DNA of 64,000 bases from Desulfovibrio sp. (lineage in GTDB: Bacteria; Desulfobacterota; Desulfovibrionia; Desulfovibrionales; Desulfovibrionaceae), in the NCBI GenBank assembly GCA_031280915.1, contig JAITGC010000078.1:52069-116068 (forward strand), written 5' to 3'. Both the position numbers and the translations under genes were made by a program. Shown in pieces: positions 42,406-52,192 of this stretch (positions within the stretch are counted from its first letter, which is position 1; each line of letters begins with the position of its first letter). The notes beneath the pieces were generated by a model. The model was not told where the DNA came from, made no database searches, and saw nothing but the letters and a program-made list of their open reading frames with translations.

Positions 42406-42627
42406 TTATTCCACTTCAATCATTTCGGCGTCGCTTTTCCTTATGGCAAGCTCATAGCCGCGCACCGTGACTTCCACAGGATCGCCCAGGGGGGCGAGCT
42501 TGCGGACGTGAACGGTGACCCCCTTCACGATCCCCATGTCCATTATCCGGCGCCTGACAGCTCCATCGCCGGATATTTTCTTTACCTTCACGGTTTTGCC
42601 GCAAGGTACTGTTTTCAAGGTATTCAC
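42406..42627 (-). CDS. feoA: FeoA family protein
   Basis: RRIMDMGIVKG, APLGDPVEV.VRGYELAIRK; probable GTG start. Confidence 0.9.
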   Translation of the reverse strand: MNTLKTVPCGKTVKVKKISGDGAVRRRIMDMGIVKGVTVHVRKLAPLGDPVEVTVRGYELAIRKSDAEMIEVE

Positions 42628-42638
42628 AGCAACCCCCT

Positions 42639-42860
42639 TCAGACTTTCCGCACCAGAATTTTGCATGCCGCTTCAGGGCTGACGGCGATGCGGCTCCCCT
42701 TGATATTCACAACGATATTCTCCGCCGCCGCCGTGAGCACTGTGACTTCCGCGCCGGGAACAAAACCGAGACTTTCAAGCCTGTTGCGCATCTCGGCCGC
42801 GCCTCCAAGTTTGCATACCGTCGCCCTTTCCCCCGGCGCGGTCAGCGTGAGCGGCATCAC
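42639..42860 (-). CDS. feoA: FeoA family protein
   Basis: MMPLT..PGE, RLESLGFVPGAEV, VNIKGSRIAV. Confidence 0.88.
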   Translation of the reverse strand: MMPLTLTAPGERATVCKLGGAAEMRNRLESLGFVPGAEVTVLTAAAENIVVNIKGSRIAVSPEAACKILVRKV

Positions 42861-43156
42861 GCACGGCCTCCCCCGGCTTTTACGCGCGGCGTCATGCAGC
42901 GCTTGAGAGCGGAGACGCCGGAAGAATGGATCATTTCCACGGGTATGGCGTTGGCGGCCGCATGCCTGAGAGCTTCTGCGCGGGCATTGTGCGACACCTT
43001 GCCCGTACAGAGAATGATGACGTCCGGCACGCCGATCTGCCGCTTGATGCTGTTTTCCTGCCCGGTAAAGATTTTCAGATCAAAGCCCAGCGCCTTGGCT
43101 GCCGAAATGTAATCTCTGTTCAAGCGGTCCATCCCGCCGATCAGGACTGCGCACAT
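42857..43156 (-). CDS. DUF2325-type small protein
   Basis: MCAVLIGGMDRL, DVIILCTGKVSH, HSSGVS; GAGGAGG RBS. Confidence 0.75.
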   Translation of the reverse strand: MCAVLIGGMDRLNRDYISAAKALGFDLKIFTGQENSIKRQIGVPDVIILCTGKVSHNARAEALRHAAANAIPVEMIHSSGVSALKRCMTPRVKAGGGRA

Positions 43157-43184
43157 TTTGTCCTCCTCTTTCTAAAAAAGAATT

Positions 43185-43199
43185 TGAAAACCGATTTCA
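43185..43199. promoter_or_regulatory. Putative Fur box (internal)
   Basis: TGAAAACCGATTTCA 7-1-7 palindrome upstream of the DUF2325 gene. Confidence 0.55.
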
Positions 43200-43212
43200 C
43201 TACATGCACCCT

Positions 43213-43259
43213 AAAAAACCCGGTATAACGAATCATCGGGATTCGTTATACCGGGTTTT
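43213..43259 (-). terminator. Intrinsic terminator after the first feoA
   Basis: Perfect 20-bp stem AAAACCCGGTATAACGAATC/GATTCGTTATACCGGGTTTT with a U-tract on the minus strand. Confidence 0.7.
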
Positions 43260-43267
43260 CCTTGTTT

Positions 43268-43507
43268 TCAGGCTTCCAAGACGACCTTGATATGATCGGC
43301 CTCGTTATTGCGCAGGGAAATAGTCACCCCGGCAAGACGCAGAGCCACAGGGTCCTTCAGGGGAGCACGCCCCACAACGGATACTTGTGTGCCGGGGATA
43401 AGGCCCATATCGCGGATACGACGGCTGATTTCCCCCAAGGCTTCGACTGCCGCGATTTTGCCCTGCTGACCAATCCGCATCTGGCGCAAATTGATAATTC
43501 TGTCCAC
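43268..43507 (-). CDS. feoA: FeoA family protein
   Basis: RRIRDMGLIPGT, APLKDPVAL, SLRNNEA; GTG start. Confidence 0.9.
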   Translation of the reverse strand: MDRIINLRQMRIGQQGKIAAVEALGEISRRIRDMGLIPGTQVSVVGRAPLKDPVALRLAGVTISLRNNEADHIKVVLEA

Positions 43508-43593
43508 ACTCCACCCCTATAAAATCAGTCCGCCAAGGATGTTTGAATTTGAAGGCGATATTGCGCCGGTTTTTATTGGTTGTCAAGAAAAAA

Positions 43594-43606
43594 GAAAATC
43601 ATTTTC
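43594..43606. promoter_or_regulatory. Fur box at the feo promoter
   Basis: Perfect GAAAAT-C-ATTTTC palindrome next to a minus-strand TTGACA (43586-43581). Confidence 0.75.
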
Positions 43607-43703
43607 AATTTTTTGTATTTTTGAAACATTTTCCTCCGAGTGTGGATGAAAGTGCTTTACGCGCAGCTTTGGCGGGCATGCCCCACTCCTGACGCCCTTG
43701 CAT

Positions 43704-45716
43704 CTAAGGGTTTTCCGTCGGCGCGTTTTCCGCCTTGCCCCGCATCAGATTGTTATGCCCGCGTATGATTTCGGCGATGACCTCCGGATTGGCAAGGGAC
43801 GTGGTGTCGCCTGTGTCTTCCGCGTCGGCGGCGATTTTCCTCAGCATCCGGCGGATGATTTTGCCCGATGACGTTTTGGGCATGGCCGAAACAAATTGGA
43901 TGCGTTCGGGGCTTGCCAGGGGGCCGATGTCGCGACGGACGGCATCCCGGAGTTTCGCGCGCAGGTCTTCACTCCAGGGCACGTCCTCACGCGGGGTGAT
44001 GTAGGCATAGATAGCCTCACCCTTGAGATCGTGCGGCATGGGAACAACCGCGGCTTCAGCCACTTCAGGGCAGCTTGTCAGAGCGGCCTCGATTTCCACT
44101 GTGGAGAGACGGTGGCCTGAAACATTGATGGAATCGTCAATGCGGCCCAGAATCCAGAAGTAGCCGTCTTCATCCACTTGCGCCCCGTCTCCGGATTCAT
44201 AGCAGCCGAAACGACTGAAATAGGAGCGGTATTTCCCCTCATCGTTGAACACGCCGAGCATCATGCCGGGCCAGGGCTTGCGTATCACAAGGCGGCCCAC
44301 CTCTTTTCCCTCTTCACCATCGTGCTCGGCCGCCCCCAAGACGGCAGCGTCAATGCCCGGCAGAGGTCGCGCGGCGGAACCGGGCTTGAGCTTTGTGGCG
44401 TAGGGCATGGGACTTATCATGGCGCCGCCGGTTTCCGTTTGCCACCAGGTATCCACAATGGGCAATTGCCTGTCGCCGACATGTTTGTGATACCAGTGCC
44501 AGGCCTCGGGGTTGATGGGCTCGCCCACCGAACCCAGGATACGCAGGCTGGAGAGGTCATAGCGTTCCGTCCAGGCTTCGCCCAGACGCATGAGGGAACG
44601 TATGACCGTGGGCGCGGTGTAGAGAATGTTGACGCGGAATTTCTCTACAATGTTCCAATAGCGGTCAGGCTTGGGCCAGACGGGCACACCCTCGAACATC
44701 AAAGTGGTGGCCCCCAGAGCCAGCGGGCCGTATATGCCGTAGGTGTGGCCGGTGATCCAGCCCATATCCGCCGTGCACCAGTACACGTCGTCGTCGTGCA
44801 TGTCGAAACACCACTGGGTGGTGTGGGCGGCGTAGGTGAGATACCCCCCTGTGGAATGCATGACGCCCGTGGGCTTGCCGGTGCTCCCACTGGTGTGCAG
44901 CAGAAAGAGCGTGTCGTTGGCGTCCATGATCTCGCAGGGGAAGTCGGAATTCAGCGTGAAGTCATCGATGAGGTCATGCCACCAAATATCACGGTTGGGC
45001 TTCATGGAGACGTCGTCCATATGGGCGTGATCAACCACGACGACATGAGCCACAGATGGACATTTTTCCAGAATGGGGTCCAAATTGGCCTTGAGCGGTT
45101 TGTTTTTACCCGCGCGCACCGCCGCGTCGGCCGTGATGACAATGCGCGCCTTGGAGTCTTGTATGCGACTGCGCACGCCGCCTTCCGCATAGCCGGAAAA
45201 AATGGTGGTGTGTATGGCCCCTATGCGCGCGCAGGCCAGCATGGCGATGGCCAATTCCGGTATCATGGGCATGTACAGGGCCACATGATCACCCCTGCGT
45301 ATGCGCAAGGAACTCAAGGCATGGGCCACGCGGCAGACTTCGGTGTACAACATCTGGTAAGTGTAACAGCGCACATCCATTTCCCGCTCGCCCTGCCAGA
45401 TCAGCGCGGCCTTGTTACGGCGGCCGGTGATAAGGTGGCGGTCAATGCAATTGAAAGAGGCATTCAGCTTGGCTCCCGTGAACCAGCGATACTTGTGCTG
45501 CGCCTCGTCGGCCACAAGCACATGATTCCAGCGCTTGAACCAGTGCAGCAATTGCGACGCCCGCGCTCCCCAAAAATCCTCCGGGTCTTCCAGCGCCCGG
45601 CGGCAGACGGCCTCGCATTCTTCCTCACCGCTGATCCAGGCTGAGGATTTGCCATGCACCGGCGGCATATAGCTGCGTTTCTCGCTTAACAGCGCGGCAA
45701 GCCGTTCCTGGGACAT
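43704..45716 (-). CDS. acs: Acetyl-CoA synthetase (AMP-forming)
   Basis: HTSGSTGKPTG, YWCTADMGWITGH, GSVGEPINPEAW, DTWWQTETG, SGHRLST.EIE, PKTSSGKIIRR. Confidence 0.93.
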   Translation of the reverse strand: MSQERLAALLSEKRSYMPPVHGKSSAWISGEEECEAVCRRALEDPEDFWGARASQLLHWFKRWNHVLVADEAQHKYRWFTGAKLNASFNCIDRHLITGRRNKAALIWQGEREMDVRCYTYQMLYTEVCRVAHALSSLRIRRGDHVALYMPMIPELAIAMLACARIGAIHTTIFSGYAEGGVRSRIQDSKARIVITADAAVRAGKNKPLKANLDPILEKCPSVAHVVVVDHAHMDDVSMKPNRDIWWHDLIDDFTLNSDFPCEIMDANDTLFLLHTSGSTGKPTGVMHSTGGYLTYAAHTTQWCFDMHDDDVYWCTADMGWITGHTYGIYGPLALGATTLMFEGVPVWPKPDRYWNIVEKFRVNILYTAPTVIRSLMRLGEAWTERYDLSSLRILGSVGEPINPEAWHWYHKHVGDRQLPIVDTWWQTETGGAMISPMPYATKLKPGSAARPLPGIDAAVLGAAEHDGEEGKEVGRLVIRKPWPGMMLGVFNDEGKYRSYFSRFGCYESGDGAQVDEDGYFWILGRIDDSINVSGHRLSTVEIEAALTSCPEVAEAAVVPMPHDLKGEAIYAYITPREDVPWSEDLRAKLRDAVRRDIGPLASPERIQFVSAMPKTSSGKIIRRMLRKIAADAEDTGDTTSLANPEVIAEIIRGHNNLMRGKAENAPTENP

Positions 45717-45911
45717 TTCGCCTCTTCCTCCTGTTTTGAGGTTTTGCGGGCCAGGCCGCATTCATAAAAATATGGGCAAGATTATATCTATAATCCTTTC
45801 AGAATATTCGCGTCAATAGAAATATGAAATTGTTTGTGCTTTCAGTCATTGTTGCGCAACATTCTGAAAAACAAGTTTTTTATGCATTCCGCCGCTCACT
45901 GCCAAGGGGTA

Positions 45912-45969
45912 GGCGAAACCGCGTTTCGCCGTTAAACGCCGCAGCAAGTGTTAAAGTGAATTTGCTCTG
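45912..45969. repeat. Intergenic repeat (TAGAGCA family), partial
   Basis: TTTCGCCGTTAAACGCCGCAGCAAGTGTTAAAGTGAATTTGCTCTG, similar to 20625-20671. Confidence 0.65.
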
Positions 45970-46043
45970 GTGACGGCGTTATTTGACGTAAAGACAATCA
46001 TCATGTAACTGGTGAAAATTGAGGAAAGGGAGGATGCCGATTC

Positions 46044-49000
46044 GTGGTGACGGTTTCGCGCGGGATATATTTTGATCGGCAGGACAGCGATATACTGGCC
46101 CTTGTCAATCGCATGCTGGAGGTCAGGCCCGCCCCGGCCGACAGCAGCCTCTTTGATCCCGGCCTGCACCCGCACGGCATCAAGGAATTGATCGCCACGC
46201 CGGCCTCCCGGATCGCTTACGCCGTCATCAACCTTCTGCGCAGCCTGGAAGTCGGCGCCACCCAAGCCCGCGATCGCCTGCTGGCCCTGGAAAGTCTTTA
46301 CGACGAGGTGCTCAATTCCGCCCATTCGGAGCTTCGACGCAACACAGCCCGCGTACTCGTGCAGATTATGAAAAGTATGGTGCGCGCACACGGTCGGCGC
46401 GAGCAGCAGCTCATGCTGGCCCACGATTTCCGCCGCGCCGTCCAGGGCACTCCCCGCGTGGTGCGAAAACTCCTCGCGCGCTACCACCTGCCGGAAATGC
46501 CTGAAGAATGGAATCAGCTCGCCTTTGACGACCACGTGTACGACGCCAATACACGCGGCCGCAAAAGCCCTACCCACCTTATTATGGACGCCTGGGTAAA
46601 GGGCCTGCGCAGTCTCACCGTGGCCTACGAATACTGCGTCAGCGCCGGAGTCGCCTCGGAACTGCTGAAAGCCTCGGAAATAACGGGCATCACAGTACGT
46701 GTGGGCATTGAATACCATATCCCTTTTTACGAAAAACAGGTCAGCCTTTTTTGGATACCGCGCGGTTTCAGCGGCAACGAGGATTTTCTGGAGTTTTTGC
46801 ACGACCCGAAGGTCGCGGAACTGATGGAAAAAGGCCGCGATGTTCTTGTGTGGCGCAAGGAAAGAACCCTGGAAGTACTTCGCGCCTGGAACGCCGGCCT
46901 GCGCGCGCGCCTTGAGGAGGCTTGGGGCGCACCCGTGCCGGAACTGACTGACGAGGACTTTCTGGCCTTTGTGGGCCGCGGCCAGCCGACAACCCTGTAC
47001 CTTGCCGAATGCCTGCACAGGCATATTCTGCCTTCAGTCAGAGCCAGAGCGGAATTTTTGGCATCTCTGCAAAGCCCGGAGGCCCAGGCCGAACTCAGGG
47101 AACTGGAAAGCCTCGGGCCGGAGCATATCGTTGAGGACTGGCTTTCACCCGCAAAAAATCCTGAAATGCGGCATGCTCAGGCGTCTTCGGCCGACAGGCC
47201 GGAGCTTTTGCGCCACACGCCCAAAAGTCTCGTCAGCAAGCTCTTGGACTGCAACCCCGGCTATCGTCTGGTATTGGGCACTATGGGGCTGACAGCAGAG
47301 GATGTGACGGAATTGTTGTGGGATTGTGATGGAGCGATAACCCACCTTGAAATTTTCAACATGAAGGGTTGGATGGAGGGCCGCCATCAGGACATAACGG
47401 CCATAAGCGAATTACAACACGCGCTCAACGCCGGGCACGGCCCGCGCATCAAGCAAATGGTGCGCCAGATGGCGCGCGGCTTTCCCAGTTCCGATGACGC
47501 CGCCGGCCGGGCTGAAAAATTTCAGGGCATACTGCGCAGCGTGCCGCAGTTATGGGCGCACTACCGCCGCCGGCCACTGGGCACACGGCTCGGCACAAGC
47601 TCGGTAAGCCGTTTCACCTTCGGTATGGGGCTGGTCATTGCGGACACGTTGCCGCGCCGCGCTGTGGCCGCACTGTGTCACAGGCACAGGCAGCAGCCCA
47701 AAAAACCCATACCGGTTTACGCTCCGGTTGAGGAACGCGTGAGCTATCAAACGCCCCGCAACCCCACCTTTCGGCAGCGTCTGCTTGCCTTGCTGCATCG
47801 TGTGCCAGGCTGCCGCCACCTGGGTATGACGCGCCGGAGGGAATGGAAGGCCCCCAGTGAAAAATTCATGGTCTGCGACAGCGGCAATGTGGTCAACCTG
47901 GGCGGCCTGAGCCAGCGCGAGCCGAATAACCTGCTCGGCAATCTCCACGACAGGAGAACCTCCTCTCCTTTGAGTCTGGCTTATCTGAACAGCAATATCT
48001 CGAATTTTCTCAAAGTGCTGTTCGGCTTTATTCCGGCTTTCGGCTCTTTTCTCTACACGCAAAACTGGTGGCTGCTGGCCTGGTTTGGCGTGGTCATCTG
48101 GTTTTCCATCACCGGCGTGCGCAATGTGGTGCAGATGGTGCTGGCGGCCCAGGGCGCCACCCGAGGCAACCTTATTCACTGGAGAGATCAGATCAATATC
48201 AGGCGTTTGTGCGATTCGCTCATGTTCACGGGCATCTCCGTCCTGCTGTTGGAAGTGCTGGTGCGTGTGACGCTGCTGGAGCGGACGCTGGGGGCAACCG
48301 TGCAAACAGCCCCGTTCCTCGTGTTCGCCGTGCTCAATGTGGTGAACGGCGTTTATATCTGCGCCCACAATGTTTACCGGGGCTTTCCCCGACAAGCGTC
48401 TGTGGGCAATCTTTTCCGCAGTATTATCGCCATTCCCGTGGCCTCGCTCTACAACATGATTTTTTATGAGCTTGTGCTGCTCTTCGGTGTGGAAGATCCG
48501 GCCTATTATCTTGTCCCCAGCGCGGCCGTCGTCTCCAAAATGGCCTCGGACACGGTGGCTGCCATTATAGAGGGTTTTGCCGACAGCCAGGTGAACCTGC
48601 GCATGCGCCGCTGGGATTACAGAAGTAAATTTGAGGAGCTTTTTGAGTGTTACACGCGATTGGAACTGCTTTTTCCGCAGGAGGACGCGCTGGTGCGGCT
48701 CGGCCGCCCCGGTGGCTTGGAGGATCGCGGAGGCGAACGGGCCAGGGAGTTGGAGCGCTCCTTTATCATTCATGCCCTTGATCTCATGTATATCTGGTTT
48801 TATCAGCCCCGGGCGCAGGACGCTCTTAAACAGGTCATGCGCGCCTTGCCAGCGGCCGACAGATTCACGCTTCTGCGCACACAACTCGTATTGACGCGCG
48901 AGCACGAGATAAGCCAGATGCTGGTGGACGGTCTCCTGGGGCGCAATTTCTCGCGGCCTCTCGCTTTTTATCTGGAAAGACGCATGGAATACCTGCGCAA

Positions 49001-49055
49001 ACTGAGCCGGCTCTGCCGTTCCACGGAAAACCGGCACATCCACGGCACGCGATAA
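46044..49055 (+). CDS. Large hypothetical protein: helical N-terminus, degenerate PHP-like domain, C-terminal membrane domain
   Basis: 1003-aa ORF after GGAGG; FDDHVYDANTRGRKSP.HLI.DA..KG and ITVRVGIEY resemble PHP motifs; several TM helices at about aa 655-835. Confidence 0.75.
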   Translation: MVTVSRGIYFDRQDSDILALVNRMLEVRPAPADSSLFDPGLHPHGIKELIATPASRIAYAVINLLRSLEVGATQARDRLLALESLYDEVLNSAHSELRRNTARVLVQIMKSMVRAHGRREQQLMLAHDFRRAVQGTPRVVRKLLARYHLPEMPEEWNQLAFDDHVYDANTRGRKSPTHLIMDAWVKGLRSLTVAYEYCVSAGVASELLKASEITGITVRVGIEYHIPFYEKQVSLFWIPRGFSGNEDFLEFLHDPKVAELMEKGRDVLVWRKERTLEVLRAWNAGLRARLEEAWGAPVPELTDEDFLAFVGRGQPTTLYLAECLHRHILPSVRARAEFLASLQSPEAQAELRELESLGPEHIVEDWLSPAKNPEMRHAQASSADRPELLRHTPKSLVSKLLDCNPGYRLVLGTMGLTAEDVTELLWDCDGAITHLEIFNMKGWMEGRHQDITAISELQHALNAGHGPRIKQMVRQMARGFPSSDDAAGRAEKFQGILRSVPQLWAHYRRRPLGTRLGTSSVSRFTFGMGLVIADTLPRRAVAALCHRHRQQPKKPIPVYAPVEERVSYQTPRNPTFRQRLLALLHRVPGCRHLGMTRRREWKAPSEKFMVCDSGNVVNLGGLSQREPNNLLGNLHDRRTSSPLSLAYLNSNISNFLKVLFGFIPAFGSFLYTQNWWLLAWFGVVIWFSITGVRNVVQMVLAAQGATRGNLIHWRDQINIRRLCDSLMFTGISVLLLEVLVRVTLLERTLGATVQTAPFLVFAVLNVVNGVYICAHNVYRGFPRQASVGNLFRSIIAIPVASLYNMIFYELVLLFGVEDPAYYLVPSAAVVSKMASDTVAAIIEGFADSQVNLRMRRWDYRSKFEELFECYTRLELLFPQEDALVRLGRPGGLEDRGGERARELERSFIIHALDLMYIWFYQPRAQDALKQVMRALPAADRFTLLRTQLVLTREHEISQMLVDGLLGRNFSRPLAFYLERRMEYLRKLSRLCRSTENRHIHGTR

Positions 49056-49131
49056 AGCCGCCGGCGGTTGACAATCAGCACGGGGTTACAAGCATGGAAC
49101 ATAAGCGTGAGATATAAGGAAAGGAATAGCC

Positions 49132-50337
49132 GTGTCCGGGTATAAGCGCCGAATAATCTGGCTTGTGATTTGTCTGGCGACGGCGGGTCTCGTCTGGCGG
49201 CTATTTTTCGCCGGAGCGGACGGCCCGCAACGCGGAGGAATGGGGCCGCCGCCGGTGCGCGCGGCAAGCGCGCGTCTTCAGGACGTGCCGCATTATTTGG
49301 ACGGCATGGGCCTTGTGCAGCCATCCAGCGACGTGCTGGTCACAAGCCGGGTGGATGGCGAGATTATACGCCTGCATTTTACGGAAGGCCGGCGCGTCGA
49401 AGCCGGAGACTTGCTGGCAGAGATTGATCCACGCCCGTTTCAGACCAAACTGGATGAAGCCCTGGGCGCCCTCGCCAGAGACGAGGCGCAGTTGCGGAAC
49501 GCCCGCCATGACCTCGCCCGTTACGCGAAACTGGTGGGAGGGGATTATATTGCCGGGCAGCAGTACGAAAACCAGCGCGCTCTGGTACGCCAGCATGAAG
49601 GCACTGTGGAGGCGGACAAAGCCGCTGTCAACGCAGCGCGTCTGCAACTGGAGTACAGCCGTATTGCCGCCCCCTGTTCCGGCCGTCTGGGTTTGAAGCG
49701 GGTGGATGCGGGGAACCAGATTAAAAGTTCCGACGCGGGCGGTTTGGTCCGCATTACGGAAAATGTGCCCTGTGACGTTGTTTTTACCCTGCCTGAAAAA
49801 TTCGCCGCTTTGGCCCTTGAAGCTCTGCGGGAGCGGGAGCGGAATCCTCAAGCTCCGGCTCCGCCGGTGGAGGTTTGGGACAAGGATGAAAACAATCCGC
49901 TTGCCGTGGGCGAACTTGTTTCCATTGACAACCAGATAGACATAACCACCAACACCATCAAGCTCAAGGCCCGCTTCGCCAACAACGACGAAATACTCTA
50001 CCCCAACCAGTTTGTTGCGGCGCGTCTCAGGGCGCGCACACTTAAAGACGCCGTGACCGTTCCGGCCTCGGCCGTACAGATAGGCATGCGCGGCGCGTAT
50101 GTCTATGTGGTGGATCAGGGAAATACGGTTCGCGTGCGTGAGGTCGCGCCCGGCATCAGCGTCGGCGCCCTCAGCGTCATTGACCGGGGCCTGCAGGCTG
50201 GAGAGATCGTCGTGACCGACGGAGTGGATCGCCTGCGGGACGGCACGGCCGTCACCCTCGCCTCCGTCTCGGAAACGCCCGGCGTAGCGCGGCAGGAGAA
50301 CACGCGCCCGACGGACTCGCCCGGCGTCTCTCTCTGA
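49132..50337 (+). CDS. RND efflux periplasmic adaptor (membrane fusion protein), MdtA-like
   Basis: N-terminal TM; V.SRVDG, GDLLAEIDPRPFQ, IDNQID.TT.TIKLKARF.N, LYPNQFV, VVTDGVDRLRDG. Confidence 0.9.
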   Translation: MSGYKRRIIWLVICLATAGLVWRLFFAGADGPQRGGMGPPPVRAASARLQDVPHYLDGMGLVQPSSDVLVTSRVDGEIIRLHFTEGRRVEAGDLLAEIDPRPFQTKLDEALGALARDEAQLRNARHDLARYAKLVGGDYIAGQQYENQRALVRQHEGTVEADKAAVNAARLQLEYSRIAAPCSGRLGLKRVDAGNQIKSSDAGGLVRITENVPCDVVFTLPEKFAALALEALRERERNPQAPAPPVEVWDKDENNPLAVGELVSIDNQIDITTNTIKLKARFANNDEILYPNQFVAARLRARTLKDAVTVPASAVQIGMRGAYVYVVDQGNTVRVREVAPGISVGALSVIDRGLQAGEIVVTDGVDRLRDGTAVTLASVSETPGVARQENTRPTDSPGVSL

Positions 50338-50737
50338 CTTTCAAAAATTTTATCGACGATTCAGCTTTTGTCCATCTCGCTCTTTCCATGATTTTGCTCT
50401 GAAGAGTCATCAGGGGATTATGAAATGACTTCTTGCAAAAATGTCATTTTCATGCAGTACGCCGCAAGGGAAGTGGGCGAAGGCCGCGTCAAGCCGGCGT
50501 TTACGAGCGGCAAATTAGCGGGAGAATAGCAGGAAATCGTGTCAGAACCAGCACAAGACGCGCGATGAAAAAACCTTGGAAAAAGTCGCCGAAATCCGGC
50601 GGTCTGCTCCAAGATTACTTGAAAGCGATTCCCAACTTGCGCGACTGCTCACACCTTGATTGGCTTTGCGGGCAGGAGCAGCCATGTTGCTGTTGTGGTC
50701 TGTGGGCATGTTGCCTGCCTGTGTGTGGCCTTTACAG

Positions 50738-50770
50738 AAAAAAGGGTTATCCGTTTTCAGATAACCCTTT
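50738..50770 (-). terminator. Terminator after tRNA-Pro
   Basis: Minus strand AAAGGGTTATC-TGAAAACG-GATAACCCTTTTTT. Confidence 0.75.
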
Positions 50771-50778
50771 GGTATTGC

Positions 50779-50856
50779 TGGTCGGGATGGCGCGATTCGA
50801 ACGCGCGGCCTCAGCGTCCCGAACGCTGCGCTCTAGCCAAGCTGAGCCACATCCCG
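50779..50856 (-). tRNA. tRNA-Pro (CGG)
   Basis: Reverse complement folds into a cloverleaf: acceptor CGGGATG/CATCCCG, anticodon loop TTCGGGA, T-loop TTCGAAT, encoded CCA. Confidence 0.96.
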
Positions 50857-51091
50857 TAGGAGGAATTCTATAGGACGTATAAAAAATTTCCGCAAGATTT
50901 TTTTTGTTTGTCAAGGCTAACGGATTAAGGTATCCTTTTCCAGGAGATTTGTAAAAATTGCAATTGTGGCGACACATTTTTGCTCCATCGTGAAAACCAT
51001 GATTTGAAACATGTAATGTATTTTTTGTAACAGCGGCATGTTGCATCGTGTTGTATGGGAATAAACAATTGTTTCGGAGTGGGAAGACGTC

Positions 51092-52162
51092 ATGATCCGC
51101 GTTCTTGTTGTGGATGACTCCACATTTATGCGTACCGCGCTGGTTTCGCTGCTGGAGGAAGACCCGGACATCAAAGTTGTGGGTACTGCGGTTGACGGTC
51201 GGGACGCCCTGAAAAAAGCCGCGACCCTGGACCCCGACGTCATGACCCTTGACGTGGAAATGCCCAAGCTGGACGGGCTCGCCACGTTGCAGGAGCTGAT
51301 GAAAACCACCCCCCTTCCTGTTCTGATGGCCAGCGCCCTCACGGAAGCCGGGGCGAACAGCACTTTTAAGGCTCTTGAATACGGGGCTCTGGACTTTATT
51401 CCCAAAACAATGAGCAATGACAAAAACGCCTTTGGCGAGGAGCTGCGGCGTAAGGTCAAGGCTATTGCGCGGAAGAAATCCCTCGTCAGGCTCAAGTTTC
51501 AGCGGCTGAAACTGCAGCATGAGCCGCCCGCGCAGCAGCGGGCCGCGTGCGCGCTGCAAGCCGGTACGCAGATCACTCCTTGCAAGGGGCCGAGGGATTT
51601 GGTAGTTATCGGCGTTTCCACAGGTGGCCCGCCGGTTGTACAGAAGATTCTTTCCGCTCTGCCGGGGGATTTGCCGGCCTGCATCCTGGTGGCGCAGCAT
51701 ATGCCGCAAACATTCACAGGCCCCTTCGCCAAACGTCTGGACGGGTTGTGCAAACTTTCGGTGTCCGAAGCCGTGAATGGCGACAAATACAAGAAAGGCC
51801 ATGCTTACGTGTGCCCGGGGGGCATGCACATCGGTGTGCGCATGCGTGGTTCGCTGCCCGAAGTGGCTGTGACGGAAGAGCCGCGCGATGCACTGTACAA
51901 ACCTGCCGTCAATGTGCTTATGGAAACGGCCGGAAAATGTATGGGCCCGCGTACCCTGGGCATTATGCTGACAGGCATGGGCTCTGATGGATGCGACGGG
52001 GCGAAGACGCTCAGGAAGACGGGTGGATGTCTTATTGCCCAAAGTGAGGCATCGTGCGTTGTTTACGGTATGCCGAAGGCGGTTGTGGACGAGGGCCTTG
52101 CCAACCAAATTCTTGACGCCGATGATATCGCCCAGGCGATTATCGCCGCCGTCAAAGGCTGA
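51092..52162 (+). CDS. cheB: Chemotaxis response-regulator methylesterase
   Basis: REC domain (VVDDS, TLDVEMP) plus catalytic motifs GVSTGGP, AQHMP, LTGMGSDG. Confidence 0.96.
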   Translation: MIRVLVVDDSTFMRTALVSLLEEDPDIKVVGTAVDGRDALKKAATLDPDVMTLDVEMPKLDGLATLQELMKTTPLPVLMASALTEAGANSTFKALEYGALDFIPKTMSNDKNAFGEELRRKVKAIARKKSLVRLKFQRLKLQHEPPAQQRAACALQAGTQITPCKGPRDLVVIGVSTGGPPVVQKILSALPGDLPACILVAQHMPQTFTGPFAKRLDGLCKLSVSEAVNGDKYKKGHAYVCPGGMHIGVRMRGSLPEVAVTEEPRDALYKPAVNVLMETAGKCMGPRTLGIMLTGMGSDGCDGAKTLRKTGGCLIAQSEASCVVYGMPKAVVDEGLANQILDADDIAQAIIAAVKG

Positions 52163-52192
52163 TTTACATTTTTGCAGAAGGAAGCCCCGTGT

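Noticed and set aside
50779-50856. tRNA-Pro as attachment site of an integrated element
   Set aside because: No integrase and no duplicated tRNA 3' end seen in the window.
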